Shown piece by piece: positions 23,351 to 32,346 of a stretch of 64,000 bases of DNA. Under the pieces are notes generated by a model, which searched no databases, was not told where the DNA came from, and was given only the letters and a program-made list of their open reading frames with translations. The position numbers and the translations under genes were made by a program. The number at the start of each line of letters is the position of its first letter. Position 1 is the first letter of the stretch. This DNA is from Halieaceae bacterium (GTDB lineage Bacteria; Pseudomonadota; Gammaproteobacteria; Pseudomonadales; Halieaceae), in contig PBLO01000004.1 in NCBI GenBank assembly GCA_002721785.1, positions 112,452 through 176,451 of the forward strand, written 5' to 3'.

Positions 23351-25000
23351 ATGACAGACTCTAAGACAACAGAGGTCCTCATTATTGGAGCTGGTGCTGC
23401 GGGTTTAAGCGCAGCAATCGCTGCGCACGATAGTGGCGCGGAAGTGATTGTTGTTGAAAAGGGCGCCAAGCTCGGCGGCACCGCTGCCATCTCCGGCGGT
23501 ATTGTGTGGGTGCCCGGTAACCCTCAGATGCAGGAAGAGGGCATGTCAGACAGTCGCGAGGATGCGCTCGCGTATTTCCGGTCGCTGGATCATGGTGAGA
23601 TGAACGATGATTCTCTGGAGGCCTTTGTCGATGAGGGTGCCAACGCACTGCAGTTTCTTACCGAGCGCGGTGCACTAGATCTGCAGCTTCTCAAGGGTTA
23701 CCCCGATTACTACTTGGATAACCCCGGCGCTAAACCTGAGGGAGGGCGTGCATTAGATAATGCCTTGTTTGATTTCACATCTTTGGGTGATTGGGCCGAT
23801 AAGGTCTACAACGGAGGTGAGATCGTCCGGATGATGTTGCTCGAGACTCCCTTGGGAGGCGGCAGCGGCATCGTAGACCCAGACGAAATGAAGCGACGGA
23901 TTGAGGGTGACCTGCGAGGCTGGGGGCAGGCCCTGATCGGCCGATTACTCAAAGCGTGTTTAGATCGTGGCATTGAAATCTTGCTGGAGACGACTGCACA
24001 CAAATTGGCGCTGCAGAAAGGCCGCGTCGTTGGTGCAACGGTGGTTCAGGGTGGTGCGGAAACTGCTATTCACGCTCGACGCGGTGTCGTTTTGGCCACT
24101 GGCGGTTTTGAGTGGGATGAGGCGCTCAAGACGACTTTTTTACGGGGGCCTCTGACCTCACCGGCATCACCTCCGACTAACACCGGCGATGGTCTGAAAA
24201 TGGCGCTGACCGCCGGCGCGGGACTGGGCAACATGACCAGTGCGTGGTGGATACCTACCCTCTCAGAGAGCGGTGCGCAGTGGCCAGACAATGGCGCTCC
24301 CGAAAAAGGCGCACAGCGCTCGGTGCCTGTGCTGATCGAGCGAACACTGCCACATAGCTTGATGGTCAATGGTCAGGGTAAGCGGTTTTGTAACGAGGCC
24401 ACCAACTACTCCGCTCTTGCGGGCGCGTTTCATAGCTTTGACCCCGCCACGTACGGGTATAACAATCTGCCTGCTTTTTTGATCGTGGACAGTCAGTACC
24501 GCAGTCGGTATCCCATCGCTTCCGTGATGCCGGGCGCTCCATCGCCTGATTGGATTGTCGAGGCGCCAGATCTGGCAGGTCTGGCAGACGCTATTGGAGT
24601 CGACGCCGCTCAACTTGAAGCAACGGTATCGAGATTCAATAGTCACGCTGAGAAGGTCAACGATCCAGACTTTGGAAGAGGGGAAAGTGCGTACGACCGC
24701 TTTTATGGCGATCGCTCTCGCGATGGCGCGGCAGCCACCTTAGGAAAAGTGGAGGTTGGGCCCTTCTTTGCGGTCCGGATCGACCTCGGCGCGCTGGGCA
24801 CAAACGGGGGTGCAAGAACGAATGGGTTGGCACAAGTGCTCAGCGTTTATGGAGACGTTATTCCAGGGTTTTATGGCGCTGGCAACGTCATTAGCAACCC
24901 GACAGGGAGTGTCTATGCGGGCGCAGGCGGGACACTGGGGCCGGCACTGACTTTCGGTTACATCGCCGGTCAGTCGGCGGCGCGCTCGGCGGCTATCTGA
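23351..25000 (+). CDS. FAD-binding dehydrogenase (fumarate reductase/3-ketosteroid dehydrogenase flavoprotein-like)
   Basis: 549 aa. It has the dinucleotide motif IIGAGAAGLSAA...VVEKG...GGT and the C-terminal FYGAGNV...GG motif typical of this FAD_binding_2 family. Confidence 0.85.
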   Translation: MTDSKTTEVLIIGAGAAGLSAAIAAHDSGAEVIVVEKGAKLGGTAAISGGIVWVPGNPQMQEEGMSDSREDALAYFRSLDHGEMNDDSLEAFVDEGANALQFLTERGALDLQLLKGYPDYYLDNPGAKPEGGRALDNALFDFTSLGDWADKVYNGGEIVRMMLLETPLGGGSGIVDPDEMKRRIEGDLRGWGQALIGRLLKACLDRGIEILLETTAHKLALQKGRVVGATVVQGGAETAIHARRGVVLATGGFEWDEALKTTFLRGPLTSPASPPTNTGDGLKMALTAGAGLGNMTSAWWIPTLSESGAQWPDNGAPEKGAQRSVPVLIERTLPHSLMVNGQGKRFCNEATNYSALAGAFHSFDPATYGYNNLPAFLIVDSQYRSRYPIASVMPGAPSPDWIVEAPDLAGLADAIGVDAAQLEATVSRFNSHAEKVNDPDFGRGESAYDRFYGDRSRDGAAATLGKVEVGPFFAVRIDLGALGTNGGARTNGLAQVLSVYGDVIPGFYGAGNVISNPTGSVYAGAGGTLGPALTFGYIAGQSAARSAAI

Positions 25001-25950
25001 TGGACCGAGTTCTGGTCCTTGGGGCAACCGGCGATCAGGGGCATCCGCTGATTACCCGGTTGCTTGACGCGGGGCTGACGCCCGTTGCGGCTCTCCGCAA
25101 TCCTCATGCTCTGCAAGGTACTGAGTTTGCTCACGTCGAGGTCGTGGAGACCGATCTATTCAATGAGCAGTCGTGCATTGCCGCGGCAGAGGGTGTCGAT
25201 GCCATTGCCGCGCATCTGCCCTTTGTTTTCGATCTCGAGGCGGCGACCACCCTCGGGCGCCATATAGCGGCAGCGACTGTTCAACAGAGCGTTAAAAAGG
25301 TCGTTCTCAACACCAGCTGCTTCGTTGCTGAAGAAGACAACGGAAACCCCGCGCACGATGGTCGCCGCGCTATCGAACAGGCAATTATGGACAGCGGGGC
25401 GGCATTTGCCCTCCTCGAGCCAAAGGTTTTCATGGATAACCTGATACGCAGCTGGAACAAACCCGCAATTGTGAAGCAAGGCATATTCGCTTACCCCGCC
25501 AAGCCCGACCTCCGCATCTCGTGGATCTGTCTCGATGACGTTGCTGCTTATATGGTGGAGGCGCTCACCCGACATGGCATTCCCAGCGCTCGATATGCGA
25601 TAGGCGGTCCCGAGGCTTTGGTGGGTGATGAAGTTGCCGAGCGCCTGAGTAGAGTAATGGGAAGGCCAGTCACATTTAATAGCCTGACACCTGATGAGTT
25701 CGCATCGGGCATGAGTCTTCTGGTCACCGGATCTGCAACGGTTGAGCCGCATTCGATTTATGACGGGATGGCGGGCTTTTATCGTTTCTACAACGATCAG
25801 CCCGTTTCGCCCCTGATCGCAGACAATGCGCGTTTAGACAGCGTGTTTAATTGGCGCCCGGTGACATTTGAACAGTGGGCGGCAAGGCAGGATTGGGACG
25901 ATATTTCTGACCCCGCTTTGAGAATTCGGTTGGCAGGTATTGCCAAATAA
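25000..25950 (+). CDS. NmrA family NAD(P)-binding protein
   Basis: 316 aa. It has the Rossmann motif VLGATGDQG. Length and layout match NmrA/HSCARG-like proteins. Its start overlaps the upstream stop (TGATG). Confidence 0.75.
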   Translation: MDRVLVLGATGDQGHPLITRLLDAGLTPVAALRNPHALQGTEFAHVEVVETDLFNEQSCIAAAEGVDAIAAHLPFVFDLEAATTLGRHIAAATVQQSVKKVVLNTSCFVAEEDNGNPAHDGRRAIEQAIMDSGAAFALLEPKVFMDNLIRSWNKPAIVKQGIFAYPAKPDLRISWICLDDVAAYMVEALTRHGIPSARYAIGGPEALVGDEVAERLSRVMGRPVTFNSLTPDEFASGMSLLVTGSATVEPHSIYDGMAGFYRFYNDQPVSPLIADNARLDSVFNWRPVTFEQWAARQDWDDISDPALRIRLAGIAK

Positions 25951-26067
25951 CAAGGTGGTCTAGTCGGCGTGGAGTTCGAGGGCAGGGCGCTGGGAGCTCG
26001 CTCAGGTGGCCCAGTCGAGGTCAATGACGCTATGATCACAACGCACTAAGCGATCGGAGTATCAAAG

Positions 26068-26985
26068 TTGGGGGCGAGTCTAGACGCCATACTGCCGTTA
26101 AAGGTGGACGGTAGCTATGGTCTTGATGATCTGCATCGCACCGATGTGTTGATGGCCTCCTTGAGCGCCTTCTTTGAGCCTGAGCTGTTGCGTACCTTCT
26201 TGGTTGTCAGCCCTGCGCAAGAAGTGAGCGCCGTGCGTGCATACCTCTCGCAGTGGCGTTCGATACCCGTTGAAGTTATGGCGGAAGAGGATCTCGTTCC
26301 GGAGTTGTGCCGGTACCCGAAACTCCGAGGCTGGCGCAAACAACAGTTAGTTAAATTGGCTGCCAGCCGAGTTTTGACGAGTGACTACTGCCTCACGTTC
26401 GATGCAGACGTTTTCAGCACTTGCCCCACAAGCCGAGCAGATTTATTACCCGGGGATAAGGCCCTGCTGCAATACGAGAGTCGATCGCTGCATCCGCGCT
26501 GGTGGGCCTCTTCCGCGTGTCTGTTGGGCGTAGATCAGTCCGTGGGTGATCCGCGTCGAGGCATGGCGATCACACCCGCGATTTTGGCGCGCGAGGTACT
26601 GACATCACTCACCAAGGCCCTCACAACCGAACGGTATTCTTGGGCGGAGCGGCTCTGCCGTCTGCATTTGCCCTGGAGCCCGAGCAATTGGACTCCGGCT
26701 CGATTCCGTCGCGCAAGATGGACAGAGTACTCACTCTATTATCTGCACGCAGCGGCGATGGGGGCTATCGATGATTTTTATATTGAAGGTGGCACCCATC
26801 AGTTACCTCAGGTGCTCCTGGGGCATGAGGCGCATCCCTTTGAGGACTGGGAGCCAGCCTATACGTTTAGCGCTGAGAATCCGGCTTTGTTCTGTTTGGT
26901 TGGCAGTAAATCGGGGTTGTCGCCGCAAGTGGTCTGGGACGCGGTAAAGGCCTATATCCCGGGGCAGGGCGTGCGTCATGGCTGA
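26068..26985 (+). CDS. hypothetical protein, possible GT-A-like nucleotide-sugar transferase (DUF6492-like)
   Basis: 305 aa. It has a DxD-like FDADVF and RGWRKQQLVKL. It heads the LPS core operon and overlaps the next gene by 8 nt. The TTG start is uncertain. Confidence 0.55.
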   Translation: MGASLDAILPLKVDGSYGLDDLHRTDVLMASLSAFFEPELLRTFLVVSPAQEVSAVRAYLSQWRSIPVEVMAEEDLVPELCRYPKLRGWRKQQLVKLAASRVLTSDYCLTFDADVFSTCPTSRADLLPGDKALLQYESRSLHPRWWASSACLLGVDQSVGDPRRGMAITPAILAREVLTSLTKALTTERYSWAERLCRLHLPWSPSNWTPARFRRARWTEYSLYYLHAAAMGAIDDFYIEGGTHQLPQVLLGHEAHPFEDWEPAYTFSAENPALFCLVGSKSGLSPQVVWDAVKAYIPGQGVRHG

Positions 26986-27763
26986 ACGTCGAAAGCTCTC
27001 CTGTTTTGTCATTGTATTTAACGAGGCCGAGCGTATTGAACGATGCTTACAATCAATTGCGCCGTGGGTCGATCAGCTCGTTATTTTGGACAGTGGCAGC
27101 TCGGATGGCACCACGGATATCTGCAGGCGTTACACCGACGAAGTCCATGTGACGGATTGGCCAGGATTTGGTGCCCAAAGAAATCGCGCTTTGGCTCTAT
27201 GTCATCACGATTGGGTGTTGAATATTGACGCTGACGAGGTCGCCCCCGCTGCGCTCGCCGAAGAGATACAGGCGCTTATGACGAGCGAGACGCTTGACTG
27301 CAATCTGGTGAAAATCCCTTGGAGAACCGTACTCTTCGGCAAACGCTTAAGGTTTGGGCGCTACTCGACGCCCCAGGGCAAGTTGTTCAACAAAGCCGGG
27401 TCGCAATTCAAGCAAAGATCTGTCCACGAAACGCTGCTTATTCCAAACGAGCGGAGTATGACGCTGAGATCGGGGCTCGATCACTATAGCTGGCGTGACT
27501 ATCGACATCTCATTACGAAGCATGCTGAGTATGCCGTGCTGAGTGCGGGGGATAAATTTGTGGCGGGCAAGTCCAGTACGCTGGCTTATGCTTATCTTCG
27601 TTTTTTCACTGATTTTCTCCAGCAGTATGTCTTGCGATTAGGGATTTTGGACGGTTGGCGAGGTCTCCTGATGGCAGGTGTGTTGGGACAGTACGCGTTC
27701 CATAAATACGCCTGTCTGTGGTCGATGGGGCAAACAAAGCGCGAGGAAAAAAATGGATCGTGA
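26978..27763 (+). CDS. glycosyltransferase family 2 (LPS core, KdtX/WaaE-like)
   Basis: 261 aa. It has VIVFNEAERIERCL...ILDSGSSDGTTDI...NIDADE, the typical GT2 N-terminal domain. Confidence 0.85.
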   Translation: MAERRKLSCFVIVFNEAERIERCLQSIAPWVDQLVILDSGSSDGTTDICRRYTDEVHVTDWPGFGAQRNRALALCHHDWVLNIDADEVAPAALAEEIQALMTSETLDCNLVKIPWRTVLFGKRLRFGRYSTPQGKLFNKAGSQFKQRSVHETLLIPNERSMTLRSGLDHYSWRDYRHLITKHAEYAVLSAGDKFVAGKSSTLAYAYLRFFTDFLQQYVLRLGILDGWRGLLMAGVLGQYAFHKYACLWSMGQTKREEKNGS

Positions 27764-28571
27764 TGCCGCCATCGCGGAGCGTGCCTCACAGGCCGAATCG
27801 GCAGGTAGCCACACTGTTGATGGCCCCATCAGTGTTTTCCTCATTACCTTGAATGAGGCTGCACATATTGAGCAGGTTCTGAGCAGCGTCGCCTGGGCCG
27901 ATGAGGTGATCGTGCTGGATTCAGGTTCTACCGACGGCACCACGGATATTTGCGCGAGGATGGGTGTACAGCTCCACCATCAGCAATGGCTGGGCTACTC
28001 AGCTCAAAAAGCCGCGGCGCTGGCCAAATGTCGCAACACCTGGTGCCTCAATATCGACGGCGATGAAATTGTCTCCCCTGATCTCGCGACCGAGTTGCTC
28101 GGCTGGTCACGCCGCGACGATATTTCTGCGGTTGAAATCCCCATCAATGACTCGATTCTGGGGAGGGCGCTGCACAAGCTGTCACGAAAACGAAGAATCA
28201 TCCGTTTTTTCCGTGCCGCCGATGCGGCATACCCGTCTGATCGGACTGTGCATGAAAACCTCCGCATACAGGGCAAGGTGGTGCGGGCCAAAAACAGCCT
28301 ATATCACCTCGGGTATGACGATCCGATCATCTATTTCACGAAACAGGTGAAGTATGCCCAGCTTCGCGCCGAGGATAAGTTTCGCGCAGGAAAGCGAGGC
28401 AGCCTCCTCAAGTTGTGGCTGATCGCTCCCTACAGCTTCATGAAGACCTATTTGCTCAGTAGGTTGCTGCTATCGGGTCGTGCAGGGCTTGTTGTGGCGA
28501 TTGCCGAGGCGACCTATGCGTTTTGTAAAGAGGCTCATCTGATCAAGCTCAGCCGCGCTACGGCCCGTTAA
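27753..28571 (+). CDS. glycosyltransferase family 2 (tandem paralog of the preceding gene)
   Basis: VFLITLNEAAHIEQVL...VLDSGSTDGTTDI...NIDGDE is collinear with the upstream GT2. The start is placed at the ATG at 27753 (11-nt overlap) rather than the ORF-track 27678. Confidence 0.85.
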   Translation: MDRDAAIAERASQAESAGSHTVDGPISVFLITLNEAAHIEQVLSSVAWADEVIVLDSGSTDGTTDICARMGVQLHHQQWLGYSAQKAAALAKCRNTWCLNIDGDEIVSPDLATELLGWSRRDDISAVEIPINDSILGRALHKLSRKRRIIRFFRAADAAYPSDRTVHENLRIQGKVVRAKNSLYHLGYDDPIIYFTKQVKYAQLRAEDKFRAGKRGSLLKLWLIAPYSFMKTYLLSRLLLSGRAGLVVAIAEATYAFCKEAHLIKLSRATAR

Positions 28572-28693
28572 GTCTCGAGCCGTCGCGCAAACTGAGTGAC
28601 AGTCCTTGAGGCGGGATCAGTGCGCAGCAGCCCCGGAGCTGGGGTGGGCCGGATTCGCCGCTTAGCGGAAAATAGACCCAGCTCGGTTTGGGC

Positions 28694-29743
28694 TCACTGT
28701 GCATCCCCGAGTACGCCGTCGATCAATTCAATGACCTCTTCGACGCCAATGCCTGCCATGAGCGCCGACCCTTTCAGTCGATATCCCCATCGAGACGATT
28801 GTTTGTCATTCGATGCATGCTGAAGAGCGGGGGTGTACGCGTCGGCAACACGATGCAGATCGCGATACGGCCCCGTCCGGCGCGGATTACTGTGGGCATA
28901 AAGTCCTACGACGGGCGTGCCTTGAGTGGTGGCCATGTGCAGCGTGCCTGAGTCAGGGCCAATCACGGCTTTCGCGCCCCTGCACAGCGCCAACAGTTCT
29001 TTCAGGTTGGTTTGCCCGGCTAAGTTGTGGACGGGTATGGCGGCTTGGTGTTCGATATCCCTTGCAAGCGCGATTTCCCGCTCTGCTGAGCTGCCGGTTA
29101 AGACGACCGCTAATCCGCGGGCGTGACAGTGGCGCGCAAGCGCTGCGTATCGGTCAGTTAACCAGTTGCGCTCTGTATTGCTTGCGCTCGGACAGATCAG
29201 GGCGTAGTCGGTATCTTTGCCCAGCCAGCCCTCAACGCGTTCCACTGCCGTGGCGGGTAGCGGGATTTCCCACTGGGTGTCGCAGTCGCGGATACCAATG
29301 CCACTCGCGAAATGCTGAAACAGTTCGAGCACATGAAAGGCGTCCGTTTCAGGCAGGTGCTCGGTCACAAAGAGACTATGCAGTTCTTTTGCTTTGCTAG
29401 GGGGGAAACCGATTTTGCGGCGCGCTGGGATCATGCCGGCAACCAGATTGGCGCGCAGTGATGTTTGCATTTGTAGCAGCACGTCAAAAGGCGCTTGGTT
29501 ACTGAAGCGCCGTCGTAGCGCTAGATACTCCTTAACACCCCGCTGCTTCTCGAAGACAACGAATTGAATCCTGGGTAAGTCGCCGACCAGAGCATGTTCT
29601 ACCTTCCCGATCACCCACGTGATGCGAGTCTCTGGCATCCTGCGTTGTATCGCCTGGACGGTAGCGACGGCGTGGCACACGTCTCCAATCGCAGAGAGGC
29701 GTACAATGCACAGAGAGTTGAGCGGTTGTTCGTTTTGCTGCAT
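28694..29743 (-). CDS. lipopolysaccharide heptosyltransferase family protein (GT9)
   Basis: LCIVRLSAIGDVCHA is the heptosyltransferase N-terminal signature, and the C-terminal GPDSGTLHMA motif is present. The start is at the internal ATG at 29743. I cannot tell whether it is type I or type II. Confidence 0.85.
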   Translation of the reverse strand: MQQNEQPLNSLCIVRLSAIGDVCHAVATVQAIQRRMPETRITWVIGKVEHALVGDLPRIQFVVFEKQRGVKEYLALRRRFSNQAPFDVLLQMQTSLRANLVAGMIPARRKIGFPPSKAKELHSLFVTEHLPETDAFHVLELFQHFASGIGIRDCDTQWEIPLPATAVERVEGWLGKDTDYALICPSASNTERNWLTDRYAALARHCHARGLAVVLTGSSAEREIALARDIEHQAAIPVHNLAGQTNLKELLALCRGAKAVIGPDSGTLHMATTQGTPVVGLYAHSNPRRTGPYRDLHRVADAYTPALQHASNDKQSSRWGYRLKGSALMAGIGVEEVIELIDGVLGDAQ

Positions 29744-29808
29744 ACACTCAGCGACAAGAAGCCGGGCCGCTTGGGGCCCAGCCGACCAGAGGACTGACGT
29801 CAGACTAC

Positions 29809-30528
29809 ATGACGCCCACCAACCAGACAATTCAGAACATTCCCGGGGGCCAAGTCATCTTTGATGATGGGCTGGTCATGAAGCCTGGTGCCCAATTGTT
29901 CGACTCTGATGCCTGGGGCGATCATGCGACACCACACTCTGAAGGGCGCAGTGTTGTCTGGCGCATTCAGAAGGAAAAAGGTTGCTGGTTACTTAAACAC
30001 TATTGGCGTGGCGGGCTCGTTGGACGTTTGGTGTCGCGGCACTACTGGTTTTTGGGGTTCCGCGCCACTCGCATGGCCAGAGAATATCGGTTGCTGTGTG
30101 ACATGCACCAGGCGGGTCTGCCAGTGCCCCGGCCGGTCGCGGCGCTCGCTCAACGCCATCTTCTGCTGTTTTATTCGGGGAGTTTGCTGACTGAGTACCT
30201 CGAGGACTGTGAGTCACTGGCCTCGCGGATTCGGTCTGGTGCCAATTCTGATGTTCCCTGGGAAGCGGTCGGAGCACTGATTAGGCGATTCCACGATGAG
30301 GGGGTCGTGCATCATGACCTCAACGCCAGCAATATTTTGCTTGGACCTGAGCAGATCTACTTGATTGACTTTGATAAGGGGCGGCAGGTGAGTAGCTCCG
30401 GCCAGGCTGGCTGGAAAGACGGTAATCTTCGCCGCCTGCGGCGTTCACTCGATAAACTGCGTGAGGCTGGCGGCGACATTGAGGAGTCGTGGGGCCGGCT
30501 GACGAGCGGCTATCACTTGGAGGCTTGA
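29809..30528 (+). CDS. kdkA: 3-deoxy-D-manno-octulosonic acid kinase
   Basis: 239 aa. It has the kinase catalytic loop HHDLNASNILL and the IDFDKG motif. Size and LPS context fit KdkA. It is divergent from the GT9 gene, with a 65-bp spacer. Confidence 0.8.
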   Translation: MTPTNQTIQNIPGGQVIFDDGLVMKPGAQLFDSDAWGDHATPHSEGRSVVWRIQKEKGCWLLKHYWRGGLVGRLVSRHYWFLGFRATRMAREYRLLCDMHQAGLPVPRPVAALAQRHLLLFYSGSLLTEYLEDCESLASRIRSGANSDVPWEAVGALIRRFHDEGVVHHDLNASNILLGPEQIYLIDFDKGRQVSSSGQAGWKDGNLRRLRRSLDKLREAGGDIEESWGRLTSGYHLEA

Positions 30529-30589
30529 GAGAGGGCGGCTCGCCGGCATATCCGTTGGCTTTTTGCGGTGTGCGAGTGCTCGAGTGGTC

Positions 30590-31822
30590 CTATACCGCTG
30601 AGTGCTCATCGATAGCGTGACGCACCCGCGCAATATATTCAGCCTGCCTATCCGGCAGCTCGGCGTAGGCTTTTAAAGTGGCCGCGATCAGCGCTTCCCG
30701 ATAAGTGTCGTCAGATTTCGTTCGTCGCCACTGGGCGGCGAGTTCGGCTTCCGTATCCACGATTTGGATGGCGTCGCGGTCCCGTAGATAGGCGACTTCG
30801 TCTGCAAAATTGTGGGTGTGACGTCCGACGATGATGGGTTTACCCCGTGCCGCAGCCTCAAATACGTTGTGACCCCCATGCGGTACCATGGAGCCACCCA
30901 CGAAAACCAGTTCGGCATGGGCACAGAACGCATCCACCTCTCCTATGGTGTCGGCGATATAGATCTCCGTATCTGGGGTTGGGCGGCCTGTGTCGCTACG
31001 ACGCGACACGGTGAACCCCTCGGCCTCGAGAAGGGCGGCTATCGCGGACCCTCTCTGGGGGTGTCTTGGGATCAAGACCAAAAGGTGCGTATCCGTCGCT
31101 TCCCGCCATGCCCTGGCGACAATCATGTCTTCGTTTGGATGGGTCGACACAGCAAGGCTATACGGCCTGCCGTTCATAGGGTGATCCGGGAGCCCGTCGA
31201 GAGTGATCCGTCCCATCTTGAGGCTGCCACTATTCGCTACACGCTCCGCAGGGCAACCCAGGTCGATGAATCGCTGGCGCTCATCATCGCTTCGCGCCCA
31301 AACCATCGTCACATTTTTGAGGGCATCGCGTAGGAATGCCTTGATTGGAAAAGCTGCGCGATGCGTCTTGTCACTGATACGTCCATTGACAATATGAATG
31401 GGGATTTGCGCGTTGTGGCATTGCCGGTAGAGCTCCGGCCAGATCTCGGTCTCCGCAATAAACAGGCATTTGGGCTGGACAGCCCGAAGCAGTGCTTTGA
31501 CCGACCAGACAAAATCGAGAGGGCAGTAGCGAATGGTAAGGCGGGTTCCCCATCTCTCTTGAGCCAAGCGATAGGCATCGGGTGTATTGCAGGTCAGCAG
31601 AACGTTTTTTTGCAGCGCGGCGGTGATAAGTGGCGCGACTAGCCGCACTTCGCCCACTGACGCGGCATGAAACCACACCCGCGCCTGTGCAGCGTCGATT
31701 CGGCAAAAGCCAAGTCGTTGGCGTAGGTAGGAGATGCCACCTGAGCGTTTCCAGGCCTGCTGCATTGACCACAGAAGGACCAGTGGGGCCACGATGAGCC
31801 AGGTTAGTCGGTAGGCAGTCAA
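30590..31822 (-). CDS. waaA: 3-deoxy-D-manno-octulosonic acid transferase
   Basis: 410 aa. It has an N-terminal TM anchor, WFHAASVGEV (the WaaA signature) and the C-terminal GGS...GGHN region. Confidence 0.92.
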   Translation of the reverse strand: MTAYRLTWLIVAPLVLLWSMQQAWKRSGGISYLRQRLGFCRIDAAQARVWFHAASVGEVRLVAPLITAALQKNVLLTCNTPDAYRLAQERWGTRLTIRYCPLDFVWSVKALLRAVQPKCLFIAETEIWPELYRQCHNAQIPIHIVNGRISDKTHRAAFPIKAFLRDALKNVTMVWARSDDERQRFIDLGCPAERVANSGSLKMGRITLDGLPDHPMNGRPYSLAVSTHPNEDMIVARAWREATDTHLLVLIPRHPQRGSAIAALLEAEGFTVSRRSDTGRPTPDTEIYIADTIGEVDAFCAHAELVFVGGSMVPHGGHNVFEAAARGKPIIVGRHTHNFADEVAYLRDRDAIQIVDTEAELAAQWRRTKSDDTYREALIAATLKAYAELPDRQAEYIARVRHAIDEHSAV

Positions 31823-31934
31823 TACTCTCCTCGCCAGCTAGCCGATTGGCCCGCACAGATGGGCTGGTAGTTCGGTGCCGGGTACGCGCGACGCTTTGCG
31901 GCCGGGCCGTTGTCGGTGCGGCAGCCGATATGCC

Positions 31935-32075
31935 TTAGCGGGGTTCCGAGTCCCCGATTTTGTAGTGGCTTTTGGCCCATTTTTTGTAAGCGCTTGCGCT
32001 CCGCAAAAACCATATTGTGGCGGTCACCATCAGTACGGCAAACAGGCTAAAAAACATTTCCGAAGAAAGTTGCAT
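31935..32075 (-). CDS. possible 46-aa single-TM protein (below the ORF-track size cut-off)
   Basis: My own translation is MQLSSEMFFSLFAVLMVTATIWFLRSASAYKKWAKSHYKIGDSEPR. There is an SD GGGGGA 7 nt upstream of the ATG. It lies 112 nt upstream of waaA on the same strand. Confidence 0.25.
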   Translation of the reverse strand: MQLSSEMFFSLFAVLMVTATIWFLRSASAYKKWAKSHYKIGDSEPR

Positions 32076-32190
32076 GGTATTTCCCCCGAATCTCTTGGCC
32101 TTATCTAACCATGCGGAGGCTCATAAAGTGAAGGCTGGCCGCTATTACATTTCTGGGTGCAGATCGAGTTTCGTAGCGACGTTTCCCCAC

Positions 32191-32346
32191 TCATCTGCAG
32201 ATGCCTTCCCGAATTGAGTCGTCTCCATTGGTTACCACCCTGCAATCCTGTCGATCTCCGGAGCCACGGGTCACACCGGAGGTGCACCCCAAGAGCAAGG
32301 CGAATACACAGGCTCCCCAAAGGTAGCGAAGCGGTGAATGGGTCAT
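32191..32346 (-). CDS. mini-lipoprotein (51-aa precursor)
   Basis: The internal ATG of the ORF 32191..32499 gives MTHSPLRYLWGACVFALLLGCTSG..., with the lipobox LLGC. This ATG overlaps the TGA stop of the upstream DUF3604 gene (ATGA). Confidence 0.45.
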   Translation of the reverse strand: MTHSPLRYLWGACVFALLLGCTSGVTRGSGDRQDCRVVTNGDDSIREGICR

